In this document: in pieces, positions 22,140 to 31,859 of the stretch | Numbering within the stretch: position 1 is the first letter of the stretch | How the letters are laid out: every line of letters starts with the position of its first letter | Virus record (IMG/VR): IMGVR_UViG_3300030085_003750 | Span: 32,001-96,000 of that record | Origin: a virus | Strand: one strand, 5' to 3' | DNA: 64,000 nt | Translations under genes and position numbers: made by a program | The notes under the pieces: model-generated | Database searches by the model: none | The model's input: the letters and a program-made list of their open reading frames with translations, nothing else | What the model was told of the DNA's origin: nothing

Positions 22140-25100
22140 ATGCCAAAGAAGAAAAAGAGTTTTAAACTCGCACACATTTCAGATACGCATATTCGCAACT
22201 TAAAATATCACGATGATTATCGTGTATGTTTTGAGCAGATGTATAATATTCTTCGTGAGGAGAAACCAGATTATATTGTTCACTGTGGAGATGTTGCACA
22301 TACGAAGACTCAACTGTCACCAGAGTTTTTCGAGATGGCAGCAGACTTTTTTGATAGTTTATCAGACATCGCTCCGCTTGTTCTTATTGCTGGTAATCAC
22401 GATGGGAACCTTAAAAATTCAAGTCGTCAAGACGCACTTACGCCAGTCGTTAAGGCACTCGACAAAGACACAATTCACTATCTTAAAAACTCTGGGGAGT
22501 TTTCTCCCTGCAAGGGATTGACTTTCAACGTCCTCTCTGTATTCGACAGAGATAACTGGGTGGAACCTTCTAGTGAAAAATCTATTAATATCGCTCTTTA
22601 TCATGGTGCCATTGCTGGCGTCGAAACGGATATTGGATGGGTAATGGACCACGGAGAGGACGATGTTTCAATCTTTGCTGGACATGACTTTGCTTTCCTT
22701 GGAGACATTCACAAAACAAATCAGATTTTGGATACTGAGGGAAGAGTTCGTTATTGCGGTTCGACAGTTCAGCAAAACTTCGGAGAGACAAACGACAAAG
22801 GTTTTCTTATTTGGGACATCAAGGACAAGGATACTTTTGATGTTCGACATTTTGTTTTAGATAATCCACGTCCCTTTATTACAATTGAACTTACAAAGAC
22901 TGGACGCTTGCCCAAGGCAGCAAACCCACCTGAAGGCGCTCGTCTTCGCATTGTTACTAATCATTCACTTCCTATCGAGAAAGTTCGTAAGGCAATCGAC
23001 GTTACTAAGACTAAGTTTAAACCAGAGTCAGTAACTTTCTTGAATCGAGCAACTGGTTCTCGCTCCAAGGTAAATCTTGATGAAGACTTTGAAAAGTATA
23101 ATTTAAGAGATATTGCTGTTCAAGAACAATTGATTACGGAGTATTTGCAGGACTACCTCTCTGACACTGAAGAGGATAAAGAGATTCTCAAGGAAGTGAT
23201 GGAGATTAATCGAAGGGTAAATGCACAGGCAGAAAGTCAAGAGCGAGCATCCTATCGAAACGTAAATTGGAGCATCAAGACCCTCGAATGGAATAACCTC
23301 TTCAACTATGGAGAAGGGAATAAGATTGACTTTGACAATCTTGGAGGTATCGTTGGTATTTTTGGAAAGAACTTTTCAGGAAAGTCTTCAATCATTGATA
23401 GTCTACTTTGGGTATTGTTCAATACGACAAGTAAGAAGAACAAAAAGTCTATCGACATTGTAAACCAAAATCGTCCTTCTGCTTGGGGCAGGGTTGTCAT
23501 CGAAATGGATAACCGACATTATACTATCGAGAGAACTGCTGATAAATATATCAAGAGGTTGAAAGGTGAAGAAACGGAAGAGGTAAAGACAAATGTAGAA
23601 TTTTCTGTTTATGACTTGGCGACAGAAGAGTCACAACCACTAAATGGTGAAACACGTTCACAGACAGACGATAACATCAGGAAGTTTTTTAGTTCTATTG
23701 ATGATTTTTTGATGACTTCCTTGTCTTCTCAATTGGATTCTCTTGCATTTATCTCCAAGGGTTCAACGGATAGAAAGGCAATTCTCGGAAAGTTTCTTGA
23801 TTTGGAACTCTTTGATACGAAGTATACAATCGCAAAGGGAGAGTCTTCTATTTTAGATGGGAAGATTAAGCACCTTTTGGAACTCCCAGGTGAAGAGGGA
23901 TATGAAGAAGCAATAAAGAGCGCAGAGTCGAAAGTCTTTGTCTGCGAAGAACAGGTAATTAATCAGCAGAAACTGTGCGCTACTCTCACGGAAGAAATTA
24001 ACGAGATGACAATGAGAGTCATGAAAATTGAGACCCGTCTTGATTCGACTCCTATTCAAAAGATTATTGATGTCGGTGAAGTGAAGCAAAATATTTCTAA
24101 GCAGAGAGAAGATATCGACTTGCTGAATAAGGCAAATGAAGAATTAGAAGGAAAGATAAAGAATAACGATTTGGTTCTGAAAAAGATTGATGATTTTATC
24201 GAGACTTTCGACTATCAATCGTGGAAAAACAAAAAGCAGGACATGGAAGACCTTCGTGCAGAATTAAAACAAGCAGAGAGAAATCTTTCCTCTTTCGAAC
24301 GAGAACAGAGGAGTATTTTTGAGAAGAGAAATCTTTTACAACAAGTACCTTGTGGTCCAGAATATTCACACTGTAGATTCATTCACTCTGCATATGAGAA
24401 GTTGAAGGAAGAGAAAGAAATTGACACCAAAGTATCAGACTGCAAAAACACAATTAGTAATCGACTGATACGGATAGAGGAGTTAGAACCAGACACGATT
24501 GATAAGTATTTGACTCAGTATGAAGAAGTAATTAAAAAGAGGCACTCTCAAAGAGAAGAGGTTTCCAATTTAGAACTCGAAGTTGCAAAGAATAAGACAA
24601 CTCTTGTTCGCCTTCGAACTACACTCAACTCTCTTCTTGAAGACGTTAGACTTTACGAGGAGAATGAAAAAGTTCTTAAAGAGTTTGCGATTCTTACTAA
24701 AGAGAGAGATGGGTTGGTTATTAAAAAAGAAAAGATGGAACGAGAACTGAATGAGTGTAAGAAAGAAACTGCCGAACTGAGCAAGAAGCAAGGTATCATT
24801 GAAGGAACTGTTTCTAACTTGACAGATAGTTACGCAGCATTGCAATTAGCAAGAAAAGAATATTCTGCTTACGACTTGTATCGTAAGGCAATGGGTTCTA
24901 ACGGCGTGTCTCTTGATATTATCAAAAAGGAACTTCCCATCATCAATGACGAGATTGCTAAGATTCTTGCCAACGTTGTAAACTTTGAAGTTTTCTTGGA
25001 GAACGAAGAAAAGCAACTTAAAGTTCTTATTAAACATCCAAGTTTTGAACCTCGTCCCTTGGAGATGGGGTCGGGTGCCGAGAAGACGATAGCAGCGATG

Positions 25101-25340
25101 GCAATACGACTTGCATTCATTAATGTATCTTCTCTTCCCATCGGTGACATCTTTATTCTTGATGAACCAGGCACGGCACTTGATGAGGAAAACATGGAAG
25201 GTTTTATTAGAATCTTAGATTTAGTAAAATCTCACTTTAAGAATGTTATTCTTATCTCTCACCTTGATTCTCTCAAAGATGCTGTGGACTTACAAATCTC
25301 TATTGAGAAGAAAGACAAGTTCGCTTTTGTTAATCAGTAA
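22140..25340 (+). CDS. Fused Mre11/SbcD nuclease and Rad50/SbcC ATPase (gp47-gp46-like fusion)
   Basis: Phosphoesterase motifs SDTH, GD, GNHD and LGDIH. Then Walker A GKNFSGKS, a long coiled coil, signature GSGAEK, Walker B ILDEP and H-loop ISH. Confidence 0.9.
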   Translation: MPKKKKSFKLAHISDTHIRNLKYHDDYRVCFEQMYNILREEKPDYIVHCGDVAHTKTQLSPEFFEMAADFFDSLSDIAPLVLIAGNHDGNLKNSSRQDALTPVVKALDKDTIHYLKNSGEFSPCKGLTFNVLSVFDRDNWVEPSSEKSINIALYHGAIAGVETDIGWVMDHGEDDVSIFAGHDFAFLGDIHKTNQILDTEGRVRYCGSTVQQNFGETNDKGFLIWDIKDKDTFDVRHFVLDNPRPFITIELTKTGRLPKAANPPEGARLRIVTNHSLPIEKVRKAIDVTKTKFKPESVTFLNRATGSRSKVNLDEDFEKYNLRDIAVQEQLITEYLQDYLSDTEEDKEILKEVMEINRRVNAQAESQERASYRNVNWSIKTLEWNNLFNYGEGNKIDFDNLGGIVGIFGKNFSGKSSIIDSLLWVLFNTTSKKNKKSIDIVNQNRPSAWGRVVIEMDNRHYTIERTADKYIKRLKGEETEEVKTNVEFSVYDLATEESQPLNGETRSQTDDNIRKFFSSIDDFLMTSLSSQLDSLAFISKGSTDRKAILGKFLDLELFDTKYTIAKGESSILDGKIKHLLELPGEEGYEEAIKSAESKVFVCEEQVINQQKLCATLTEEINEMTMRVMKIETRLDSTPIQKIIDVGEVKQNISKQREDIDLLNKANEELEGKIKNNDLVLKKIDDFIETFDYQSWKNKKQDMEDLRAELKQAERNLSSFEREQRSIFEKRNLLQQVPCGPEYSHCRFIHSAYEKLKEEKEIDTKVSDCKNTISNRLIRIEELEPDTIDKYLTQYEEVIKKRHSQREEVSNLELEVAKNKTTLVRLRTTLNSLLEDVRLYEENEKVLKEFAILTKERDGLVIKKEKMERELNECKKETAELSKKQGIIEGTVSNLTDSYAALQLARKEYSAYDLYRKAMGSNGVSLDIIKKELPIINDEIAKILANVVNFEVFLENEEKQLKVLIKHPSFEPRPLEMGSGAEKTIAAMAIRLAFINVSSLPIGDIFILDEPGTALDEENMEGFIRILDLVKSHFKNVILISHLDSLKDAVDLQISIEKKDKFAFVNQ

Positions 25341-25349
25341 ACTATTTAT
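25341..25349 (+). promoter_or_regulatory. Putative phage late promoter (ACTATTTAT)
   Basis: Recurrent intergenic motif. It is followed by hairpin TGAGGGC-ATC-GCCCTCA (25355-25371) and an SD. Confidence 0.55.
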
Positions 25350-25384
25350 CCTTATGAGGGCATCGCCCTCAATAGGAGGATAAT

Positions 25385-25579
25385 ATGATGACAGAACAAG
25401 TAAAGGCATTCGCAGACAAATACGTTGAGAGGTTTATCTCTCGTAAGTTCCTTGCATGGATTGCAGCATCAACACTAGCATTATACGGGGTTCTTTCTTC
25501 TTCGGACTGGACTCAACTTACAATGGTTTATATTGGTTCACAGGCAGCAGTTGACTTAGTTAAGAGTTTGAAGGGATAA
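25385..25579 (+). CDS. Small two-TM membrane protein, holin-like
   Basis: 64 aa with an SRKFL motif, two hydrophobic segments and an AGGAGG SD. Confidence 0.5.
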   Translation: MMTEQVKAFADKYVERFISRKFLAWIAASTLALYGVLSSSDWTQLTMVYIGSQAAVDLVKSLKG

Positions 25580-25944
25580 TGCAGAAGTTCTGGATTTGGT
25601 TAAAAACAAACTGGGTTGTTCCTTTTGCTGCTGCTCTTGTTGTGATTAGTTATTTCGCAGGCAATCAGGGAAAGACAAGTCTGAAAGAAATGATGAAGGC
25701 GCAAAAAGAAGACTACGAGACTCAACTTAGAGTTTTAGAAGAGAAGCGAGAGAAAGAAAAGAAAATCATGGAAGATTATAAAAAGTCCTTGCAACTTCTC
25801 CAAGAAAAGCATAAAGTAAAAGAAGAAGAAATTAAGTTTGAGAACCGAGCAAAACTAATGGAAACCATAAAAAAGAACGAAGAAAAACCAATAGAAGATA
25901 TCGCCGACGACTTTGCAAAAAGATTTAACCTTGAAAGGGTGTGA
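25579..25944 (+). CDS. N-terminal TM plus coiled-coil protein (possible inner spanin-like)
   Basis: Hydrophobic residues ~11-27 followed by a charged helical region. Confidence 0.4.
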   Translation: MQKFWIWLKTNWVVPFAAALVVISYFAGNQGKTSLKEMMKAQKEDYETQLRVLEEKREKEKKIMEDYKKSLQLLQEKHKVKEEEIKFENRAKLMETIKKNEEKPIEDIADDFAKRFNLERV

Positions 25945-26370
25945 ATGAAACTACTAAACATTTTTATAAGTTTATGCTTGACTTTCCTGCCCAGTTATGC
26001 TATAAGTCAAGAATTAAAGATAACAGGCATCAATAAGGGGCAGAAAGCACCCTTCACGGGCATTTTGCTAACCCAAGGTGCGCTTTCCAAGATTGAAGCA
26101 GACTTGCGCTTAGAAGTCGAATTATGCGCCAATAAATGCAAGTTAGAAAAAGGAGAATTAGAACTTCTATTTCAAAAAGATATTAAGATACTCAATGCTG
26201 AGATTAGTGGACTAAAACAATTTGTTGAGGTTAAGAATAGGCGAATCGCTAAACTTGAAGAAGTGGTAGAAGAACACAACAATTCTTGGTTTACTCCCAT
26301 CGTTGCTATTGCTTCTTTCGCTCTCGGTGTTGCTACAACTATTGGAATAACTTATGCGGTGAACAAATGA
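25945..26370 (+). CDS. Signal-peptide, coiled-coil and C-terminal TM protein
   Basis: Signal-like MKLLNIFISLCLTFLPSYAIS and C-terminal hydrophobic WFTPIVAIASFALGVATTIGITYAV. Confidence 0.45.
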   Translation: MKLLNIFISLCLTFLPSYAISQELKITGINKGQKAPFTGILLTQGALSKIEADLRLEVELCANKCKLEKGELELLFQKDIKILNAEISGLKQFVEVKNRRIAKLEEVVEEHNNSWFTPIVAIASFALGVATTIGITYAVNK

Positions 26371-26768
26371 CTGAAAAGAAAAACTGGGACTTAATTGCTC
26401 AAATTGAAAAACAAATAAAAGAAAAGTACGGTGAAGAGACAATCAAGTCTCCTGCTCAAGGTTGGACAGATGAACAAGAAGAAGAACATTTAGAAAAACT
26501 TCGTGCTGCTGCTTTAAAACAAAGACGAGCAGAAAGCAAGTTGGATAAAGTAGAAGTAGCAGAAGGTGTTTTTATCACTAAGAAACTACTTATGAAGGAG
26601 AGTAATAGGACTTGTCCCGTTTGTTCTGCTTATTCGTTCGACAAGCAGGATGACTTATATATGAATAAGTTCGAGTGCTGTTTCAAATGCTATATAGATT
26701 ATGTTGAGGGTCGTGAGGACAGATGGAAGTCTGGTTGGCGTCCAAACAAGGAGAACAAAGATGGCTGA
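26367..26768 (+). CDS. Hypothetical Zn-binding protein
   Basis: Likely start is the ATG at 26367 overlapping the upstream TGA (MTEKKNW...). Contains CPVC and CCFKC motifs. Confidence 0.55.
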   Translation: MTEKKNWDLIAQIEKQIKEKYGEETIKSPAQGWTDEQEEEHLEKLRAAALKQRRAESKLDKVEVAEGVFITKKLLMKESNRTCPVCSAYSFDKQDDLYMNKFECCFKCYIDYVEGREDRWKSGWRPNKENKDG

Positions 26769-27294
26769 TGTATTAGAAATCGTAAGAGGCATTTCGCAGG
26801 TTATGGCAAACGCCTATGACGGTGCCTTAGACGAAAACGGAGAACCACTCAAGATTGGTTTAAAGAGAGAAGAAGAGGTCGAAATTACTGATAAGCGAGT
26901 AATGGACGGATTCAAAGTTCAAATGTCAGGCGACAAACTCATGATTAAGTATCATGCGGAAGTCACAATGAAAGAGGCAAAAGATAAGGGATTCGAAACA
27001 GAGTTAGAGCAGATGATGTCCGACATTTCTTCATTCCTTAAAAAAGAGTATAAGAAGGTCACAGGTTCAGCGCTTACGCTTTCTTCCGATGCTGACGTAG
27101 ATGCTATCGTCCAGACTGTAGGCGGTCATCGTTGTTGGGTTCAGGCAGTTAAACCTTACAAGATTGGCGGTTTCGGTGAAGCAGTAGTCAGCACCAAACA
27201 ACCTTCCGAGGACAATGTTAACGACGCAATCAAGAAATGGTTGGAACTCGGCAGAAAAGGCAAAGCACCTAACGACAAAAGGAAGGACGGATAA
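26761..27294 (+). CDS. Hypothetical protein
   Basis: Likely start is the ATG at 26761 after AGGAG (MADVLEIVRG...). Confidence 0.55.
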   Translation: MADVLEIVRGISQVMANAYDGALDENGEPLKIGLKREEEVEITDKRVMDGFKVQMSGDKLMIKYHAEVTMKEAKDKGFETELEQMMSDISSFLKKEYKKVTGSALTLSSDADVDAIVQTVGGHRCWVQAVKPYKIGGFGEAVVSTKQPSEDNVNDAIKKWLELGRKGKAPNDKRKDG

Positions 27295-27515
27295 TGAAGA
27301 TTTCAAAAGCAAGATTAAAAGAAATCATTCAAGAAGAAGTTCAACTCTATCGGAATGAAAATCGAGTTGAGTCCCTTCTGGAATACGCTGAAGTTAAAAT
27401 CGAAGATTTGATGAATGAACTTCACGACAGTGGTGTCCCTAACGAGGAACTTAAATCATTGTTGCTCAAAGTCGTCGAAAACATCGACGCAGGTTTCGTA
27501 GGCGAACCATCATAA
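27294..27515 (+). CDS. Small putative internal head protein
   Basis: N-terminal MKISKARLKEIIQEE; immediately upstream of terminase. Confidence 0.45.
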   Translation: MKISKARLKEIIQEEVQLYRNENRVESLLEYAEVKIEDLMNELHDSGVPNEELKSLLLKVVENIDAGFVGEPS

Positions 27516-27532
27516 AGAAAGCAGAGTCTTAG

Positions 27533-29110
27533 ATGACCTACCAACTCACCAAGAAAAAGATTTTATCAGAAATCGTCCAATGCGGCAAAGACCCAGTTTA
27601 TTTTCTAAATAACTATGCAAAGATTTCTCACCCAATGCACGGGTCTATTCCATTTAGGACTTACGACTTTCAGGACGACCTTTTAAGAGACTTTAACGAC
27701 CATCGCTTCAACATTATTCTAAAGGCACGTCAGTTAGGCATCTCAACTGTAACAGCAGGTTATGTTGTTTGGATGATGCTTTTTCACAAAGATAAAAATG
27801 TTCTTGTTATGGCAACCAAGTTCGGCACAGCGGCAAACTTGGTAAAGAAGGTAAAGAACATAATGAGGAATGTCCCAGACTGGATGCGAATCGCAAGCAT
27901 CTCTGTGGACAATAGAACTTCATTTGAGTTATCTAACGGTTCACAAATCAAAGCAACCTCTACTTCATCAGACGCTGGTCGTTCAGAAGCATTATCCCTT
28001 CTGGTTATTGACGAGGCAGCGCACGTTGAAGGTCTTGACGAGTTGTGGACTGGTCTTTATCCCACACTATCAACTGGTGGTCGTTGTATTGCTCTTTCGA
28101 CTCCAAACGGTGTCGGCAACTGGTTTCACCAAACCTATGTCGATGCAGACGAGGAAAATAATGACTTCAAACCAACATGTCTACCTTGGCAGGTACACCC
28201 AGATAGAGATGATGCTTGGTTCGACAAAGAGACAAGAAATATGTCTCGAAGACAAATTGCTCAGGAGTTGGAATGTAACTTTAACATGTCGGGTGAAACA
28301 GTTATTCATACCGAGGACATAGAGAAGATTTCCAAAACTATTTGTGACCCAAATCACAAAGCAGGATTTGACAGAAACTATTATATCTGGGAAGACTTCG
28401 ACCCAACACAATCTTACTTGCTTGTAGCAGACGTTGCCCGAGGAGACGGCAAGGACTTTTCAGCATTTCAAGTTATAAACGTAACACAAATGACCCAGGC
28501 AGCAGAATACCAAGGCAAGGTAGATTTGGACACTTATGCTATGTTCCTTGCGGATGCAGGAAAGACCTACGGTGGTTGCCTCCTCGTAGTGGAAAACAAT
28601 AACGTTGGTTATGCAGTTCTTACCAAATTGGAAGAAGCAGGATATCCAAATCTTTATTATTCAGTAAAATCAACACACGAGTATGTAGATTCGGCAGCAG
28701 CACGTTCGAATAGTAGGTCAGTACTTGGGTTCACTACTTCAATGAAGACAAGACCCTTGATTATTGCCAAGTTAGAGGAATTTATAAGAAATGACCTAAT
28801 TACTATCACGTCGAACCGATTGTTTAACGAATTGAAAACATTTGTCTGGAACAATGGTAAACCAGAGGCAATGCGAGGATATAACGACGACCTTGTAATG
28901 TCTATGGCGATTGCTTGTTGGGTAAGAGATACTGCTTTGGTTTCAAACCAGAGAGATGCGGAGTATAAGAAGGCACTGCTGAATGCGATGTCAACTTCTA
29001 AAACTCAACTTAACACAGCAGTACCAGGTATGGTAAACTATGGTAAACCAGACGGTGTTCGACAGATGAAAGAAATAATGACCAACTTCCCTGGTCTTTT
29101 TAAGGGGTAA
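27533..29110 (+). CDS. gp17: Terminase large subunit (T4 gp17-like)
   Basis: KARQLGIST Walker A variant, LVIDEAAH Walker B, STPNG coupling motif, and nuclease motifs ADVARGDGKDFS and DDLVMS. Confidence 0.95.
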   Translation: MTYQLTKKKILSEIVQCGKDPVYFLNNYAKISHPMHGSIPFRTYDFQDDLLRDFNDHRFNIILKARQLGISTVTAGYVVWMMLFHKDKNVLVMATKFGTAANLVKKVKNIMRNVPDWMRIASISVDNRTSFELSNGSQIKATSTSSDAGRSEALSLLVIDEAAHVEGLDELWTGLYPTLSTGGRCIALSTPNGVGNWFHQTYVDADEENNDFKPTCLPWQVHPDRDDAWFDKETRNMSRRQIAQELECNFNMSGETVIHTEDIEKISKTICDPNHKAGFDRNYYIWEDFDPTQSYLLVADVARGDGKDFSAFQVINVTQMTQAAEYQGKVDLDTYAMFLADAGKTYGGCLLVVENNNVGYAVLTKLEEAGYPNLYYSVKSTHEYVDSAAARSNSRSVLGFTTSMKTRPLIIAKLEEFIRNDLITITSNRLFNELKTFVWNNGKPEAMRGYNDDLVMSMAIACWVRDTALVSNQRDAEYKKALLNAMSTSKTQLNTAVPGMVNYGKPDGVRQMKEIMTNFPGLFKG

Positions 29111-29115
29111 AATAG

Positions 29116-31029
29116 ATGGCAGATAACCAAAACATAAAAAATGAAGAGTCAGTTCTCTTCAAAAGACTAACCAGACTTTTTTCTGGTCCTATCGTAAACA
29201 GAAGACAGCAAAATAGAAGAAAGTTCAAAAGACAAGCACTAGACAATTATGCGACTCGTTTCACTTCTGCTTCTGGAAAGCAGTTTCAAAAGAATCAATA
29301 TAATCCTTTTGAGCATATTCACAATGATGCCATGTCTAATCGCATCCGCAACGAGAGATATGTGGACTTTGACCAAATGGAGTTTGAACCTATTATTGCC
29401 TCTTCTCTCGATATCTATGCAGATGAGATGACATATCATAATGAACTTAACAAAATGCTTAGTATTGAATGCCCTAACCAGGAGATTAAATCAACACTTG
29501 ACGCACTTTATTATAATGTTTTAAATGTTGAGTTCAACCTTTACGGTTGGTGCCGTACTATGTGCAAGTATGGTGACTATTTTCTTTATGTTGATATTGA
29601 CGACAAGATTGGTGTAAAGTCTTTTATTCCACTTCCTCCTTCCGAGGTTGAAAGAATGGAGGGCGAAGACCCAACGAATCCGAACTACATTCAGTACCAG
29701 TGGAACTCTGCTGGACTTACATTTGAGAACTGGCAGGTTGCTCACTTCCGTATTCTTGGAAACGACAAGTACGCTCCTTATGGAACTTCTATATTGGAAC
29801 CTGCTCGACGTATCTGGCGACAACTTCACCTTATTGAAGACGCTATGATGTCCTATCGTATTACTCGCTCACCAGAACGAAGAGTATTTTATGTTGATGT
29901 AGGCAACATCGCTCCACAGGACGTTGAGCAATATATGCAAAAAGTTGTCACAACAATGAAAAAGAATCAGGTTGTTGATGCGAGCACTGGAAGAGTTGAC
30001 CTACGATACAACCCACTTTCTATTGACGAGGACTACTTTGTTCCTGTTCGAGGCGGCGAGAACACAAGAATTGAAACTTTGCCAGGTGGTTCTTACACTG
30101 GTGATATAGACGATGTAAAATATCTAAGAGATAAATTGTTTTCAGCACTCAAAGTTCCTCAGTCCTATCTTTCACGAGGCGATGGGGCAGATGAGGACAA
30201 AGCAACACTCGCACAAAAAGACATTCGTTTCGCAAGGACTATCCAGAGACTTCAAAGGTCTGTTGTAGCAGAGTTGGAGAAGGTTGGTATCATTCATCTT
30301 TACACTCTCGGATATAGAGGAGAAGACTTAACAAAGTTTAAACTTCGATTAAATAACCCTTCTCAGATTGCTTCTATGCAGGAATTAGAGCACCTTCGTG
30401 CAAAGTTTGAAATAGCAGACTCAGCAACTGAGGGATACTTTTCGAAGGCATGGATTTATAGAAACATCTTCCGTCTTACAGAGGAAGAGGTCATTAGAAT
30501 TGAAAGAGAAATGTTTCACGATTCTAAATTTACGGCAGCAATCGAGGCAGCAGGCGAGTTACCTGAACCAGGTGAAGGCGGCGGCGGTGGTGGTGATTTC
30601 GACGATGACCTTGGAGGAGGAGATGATTTGGGTGGCGACGACCTCGGCAGCGATGAAGGTGGGGATGAACCAGATTCAGCACTTCTTGCGGCACCAGGTA
30701 AGCGTGATGGTTATTTAACTCCAGGTGCAAAGGGTAAAGTGTATCACCCTGAAAAGGTGGACTCCCGACCACAAGGTGCAAAGAAGCGTTCTACGAAATC
30801 TAAATGGTCTGATGAGACTGCTTCATTTACTCCACGAAACACAATGCCTGGATTATCCGACTTGAAGACACTTTCTCGTGGCATTTACGAAGGTGATGAA
30901 ACTACTTACACAGACAAAGAAGAAAAATTGCTTCTTGAGGTGAACCAAGAGTTAACTGACTGGCAAGTCAAGGCACTTGTGAAGAACCTTGAAAAGAAGA
31001 ATAATAAGCAATTAAAGGAAAACAAGTAA
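29116..31029 (+). CDS. gp20: Portal protein (T4 gp20-like) with Gly/acidic then basic C-terminal extension
   Basis: IEDAMMSYRITRSPERRVFYVDVGN, EDYFVPVRGG, IETLPGG and DVKYLRDKLFSALKVP. Confidence 0.95.
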   Translation: MADNQNIKNEESVLFKRLTRLFSGPIVNRRQQNRRKFKRQALDNYATRFTSASGKQFQKNQYNPFEHIHNDAMSNRIRNERYVDFDQMEFEPIIASSLDIYADEMTYHNELNKMLSIECPNQEIKSTLDALYYNVLNVEFNLYGWCRTMCKYGDYFLYVDIDDKIGVKSFIPLPPSEVERMEGEDPTNPNYIQYQWNSAGLTFENWQVAHFRILGNDKYAPYGTSILEPARRIWRQLHLIEDAMMSYRITRSPERRVFYVDVGNIAPQDVEQYMQKVVTTMKKNQVVDASTGRVDLRYNPLSIDEDYFVPVRGGENTRIETLPGGSYTGDIDDVKYLRDKLFSALKVPQSYLSRGDGADEDKATLAQKDIRFARTIQRLQRSVVAELEKVGIIHLYTLGYRGEDLTKFKLRLNNPSQIASMQELEHLRAKFEIADSATEGYFSKAWIYRNIFRLTEEEVIRIEREMFHDSKFTAAIEAAGELPEPGEGGGGGGDFDDDLGGGDDLGGDDLGSDEGGDEPDSALLAAPGKRDGYLTPGAKGKVYHPEKVDSRPQGAKKRSTKSKWSDETASFTPRNTMPGLSDLKTLSRGIYEGDETTYTDKEEKLLLEVNQELTDWQVKALVKNLEKKNNKQLKENK

Positions 31030-31859
31030 TGAAGTTCAAGCACAATAAAAAAAGAAATACAGCGTTTCTTTTCGAGGCGCTAATCAAGGAAATGGCAAAG
31101 TCAGTCGTGAACAACGATGAAGAGCGACAAAGTAAAATTGCAAGAATTATTAAAAGACATTTTCAGAAAAGAGGTGTTCTTTATAAAGACTTGCAAACTT
31201 ACAAAACCATAATGAATCTCAGAGAAGCAGAAGAGACATTTGCAAAAAGAATTTTGTCTGAAGTTCGAAGAGACAGAGATAAGTTGAATACTCAAAGAAT
31301 ATTTTCAGAACAATCAAAGTTGATTAAAAAAATTAATGTTGAGTTGGGACAAGATGTTTATGCCAACTTTGTACCAAACTATAAGACGATGGCGACCATT
31401 GGACAGTTATTTTCAGACAGCACTGCGACTGAGGAAAAGATTATCCTTGAAGATAGAATCCTTGAAGAGGTGACAAAGGCAGAAACTAAAACTGAAAAAG
31501 AAATCATGGAGCATATTGACTCGATTGCCTATAAAACTTTTACGAATAAGTTCAACAAAACCTACGCTGGTAAACTACATGAAGAACAACAAAAAGTTGT
31601 ATCTCGATATATATTCTCTGTTTCTGACAATGGAACTTCTTTGAAGACGTATCTTAACGAAGAGATTGAGAGATTGAGGACAGAAGTCAGTCAGTCTTTA
31701 GAGTCGGAAGAAATTAAATCTGACGAATTAATGCTTGAGAAAGCAGGAAAGGTTCTTCAATTTTTAGATTCTCTGAAAGAAACTCCACTGGATGAAAGAA
31801 CGATTAAGAAAATTATGCAGGTTCAGGAACTCGTAAGAGAGGTGAACTCACATGAATGA
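31029..31859 (+). CDS. Hypothetical head-morphogenesis protein
   Basis: 276-aa helical ORF (MKFKHNKKRNTAFLFE) coupled to the portal stop. Confidence 0.5.
   Translation: MKFKHNKKRNTAFLFEALIKEMAKSVVNNDEERQSKIARIIKRHFQKRGVLYKDLQTYKTIMNLREAEETFAKRILSEVRRDRDKLNTQRIFSEQSKLIKKINVELGQDVYANFVPNYKTMATIGQLFSDSTATEEKIILEDRILEEVTKAETKTEKEIMEHIDSIAYKTFTNKFNKTYAGKLHEEQQKVVSRYIFSVSDNGTSLKTYLNEEIERLRTEVSQSLESEEIKSDELMLEKAGKVLQFLDSLKETPLDERTIKKIMQVQELVREVNSHE

Noticed and set aside
25385-25393. Holin/antiholin dual-start motif (ATGATG)
   Set aside because: The two Met codons are adjacent with no intervening charged residue, unlike the lambda S Met-Lys-Met motif.
26286-26760. ORF-track starts at 26286 and 26701 (likewise 11497, 56652 and 61027)
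   Set aside because: Downstream ATGs with SDs or stop-start overlaps (26367, 26761, 11503, 61051), or a frameshift, explain these genes better.
27533-31029. Introns or inteins in terminase or portal
   Set aside because: Lengths and motif spacing are ordinary. No splice-junction or homing endonuclease motifs were seen.
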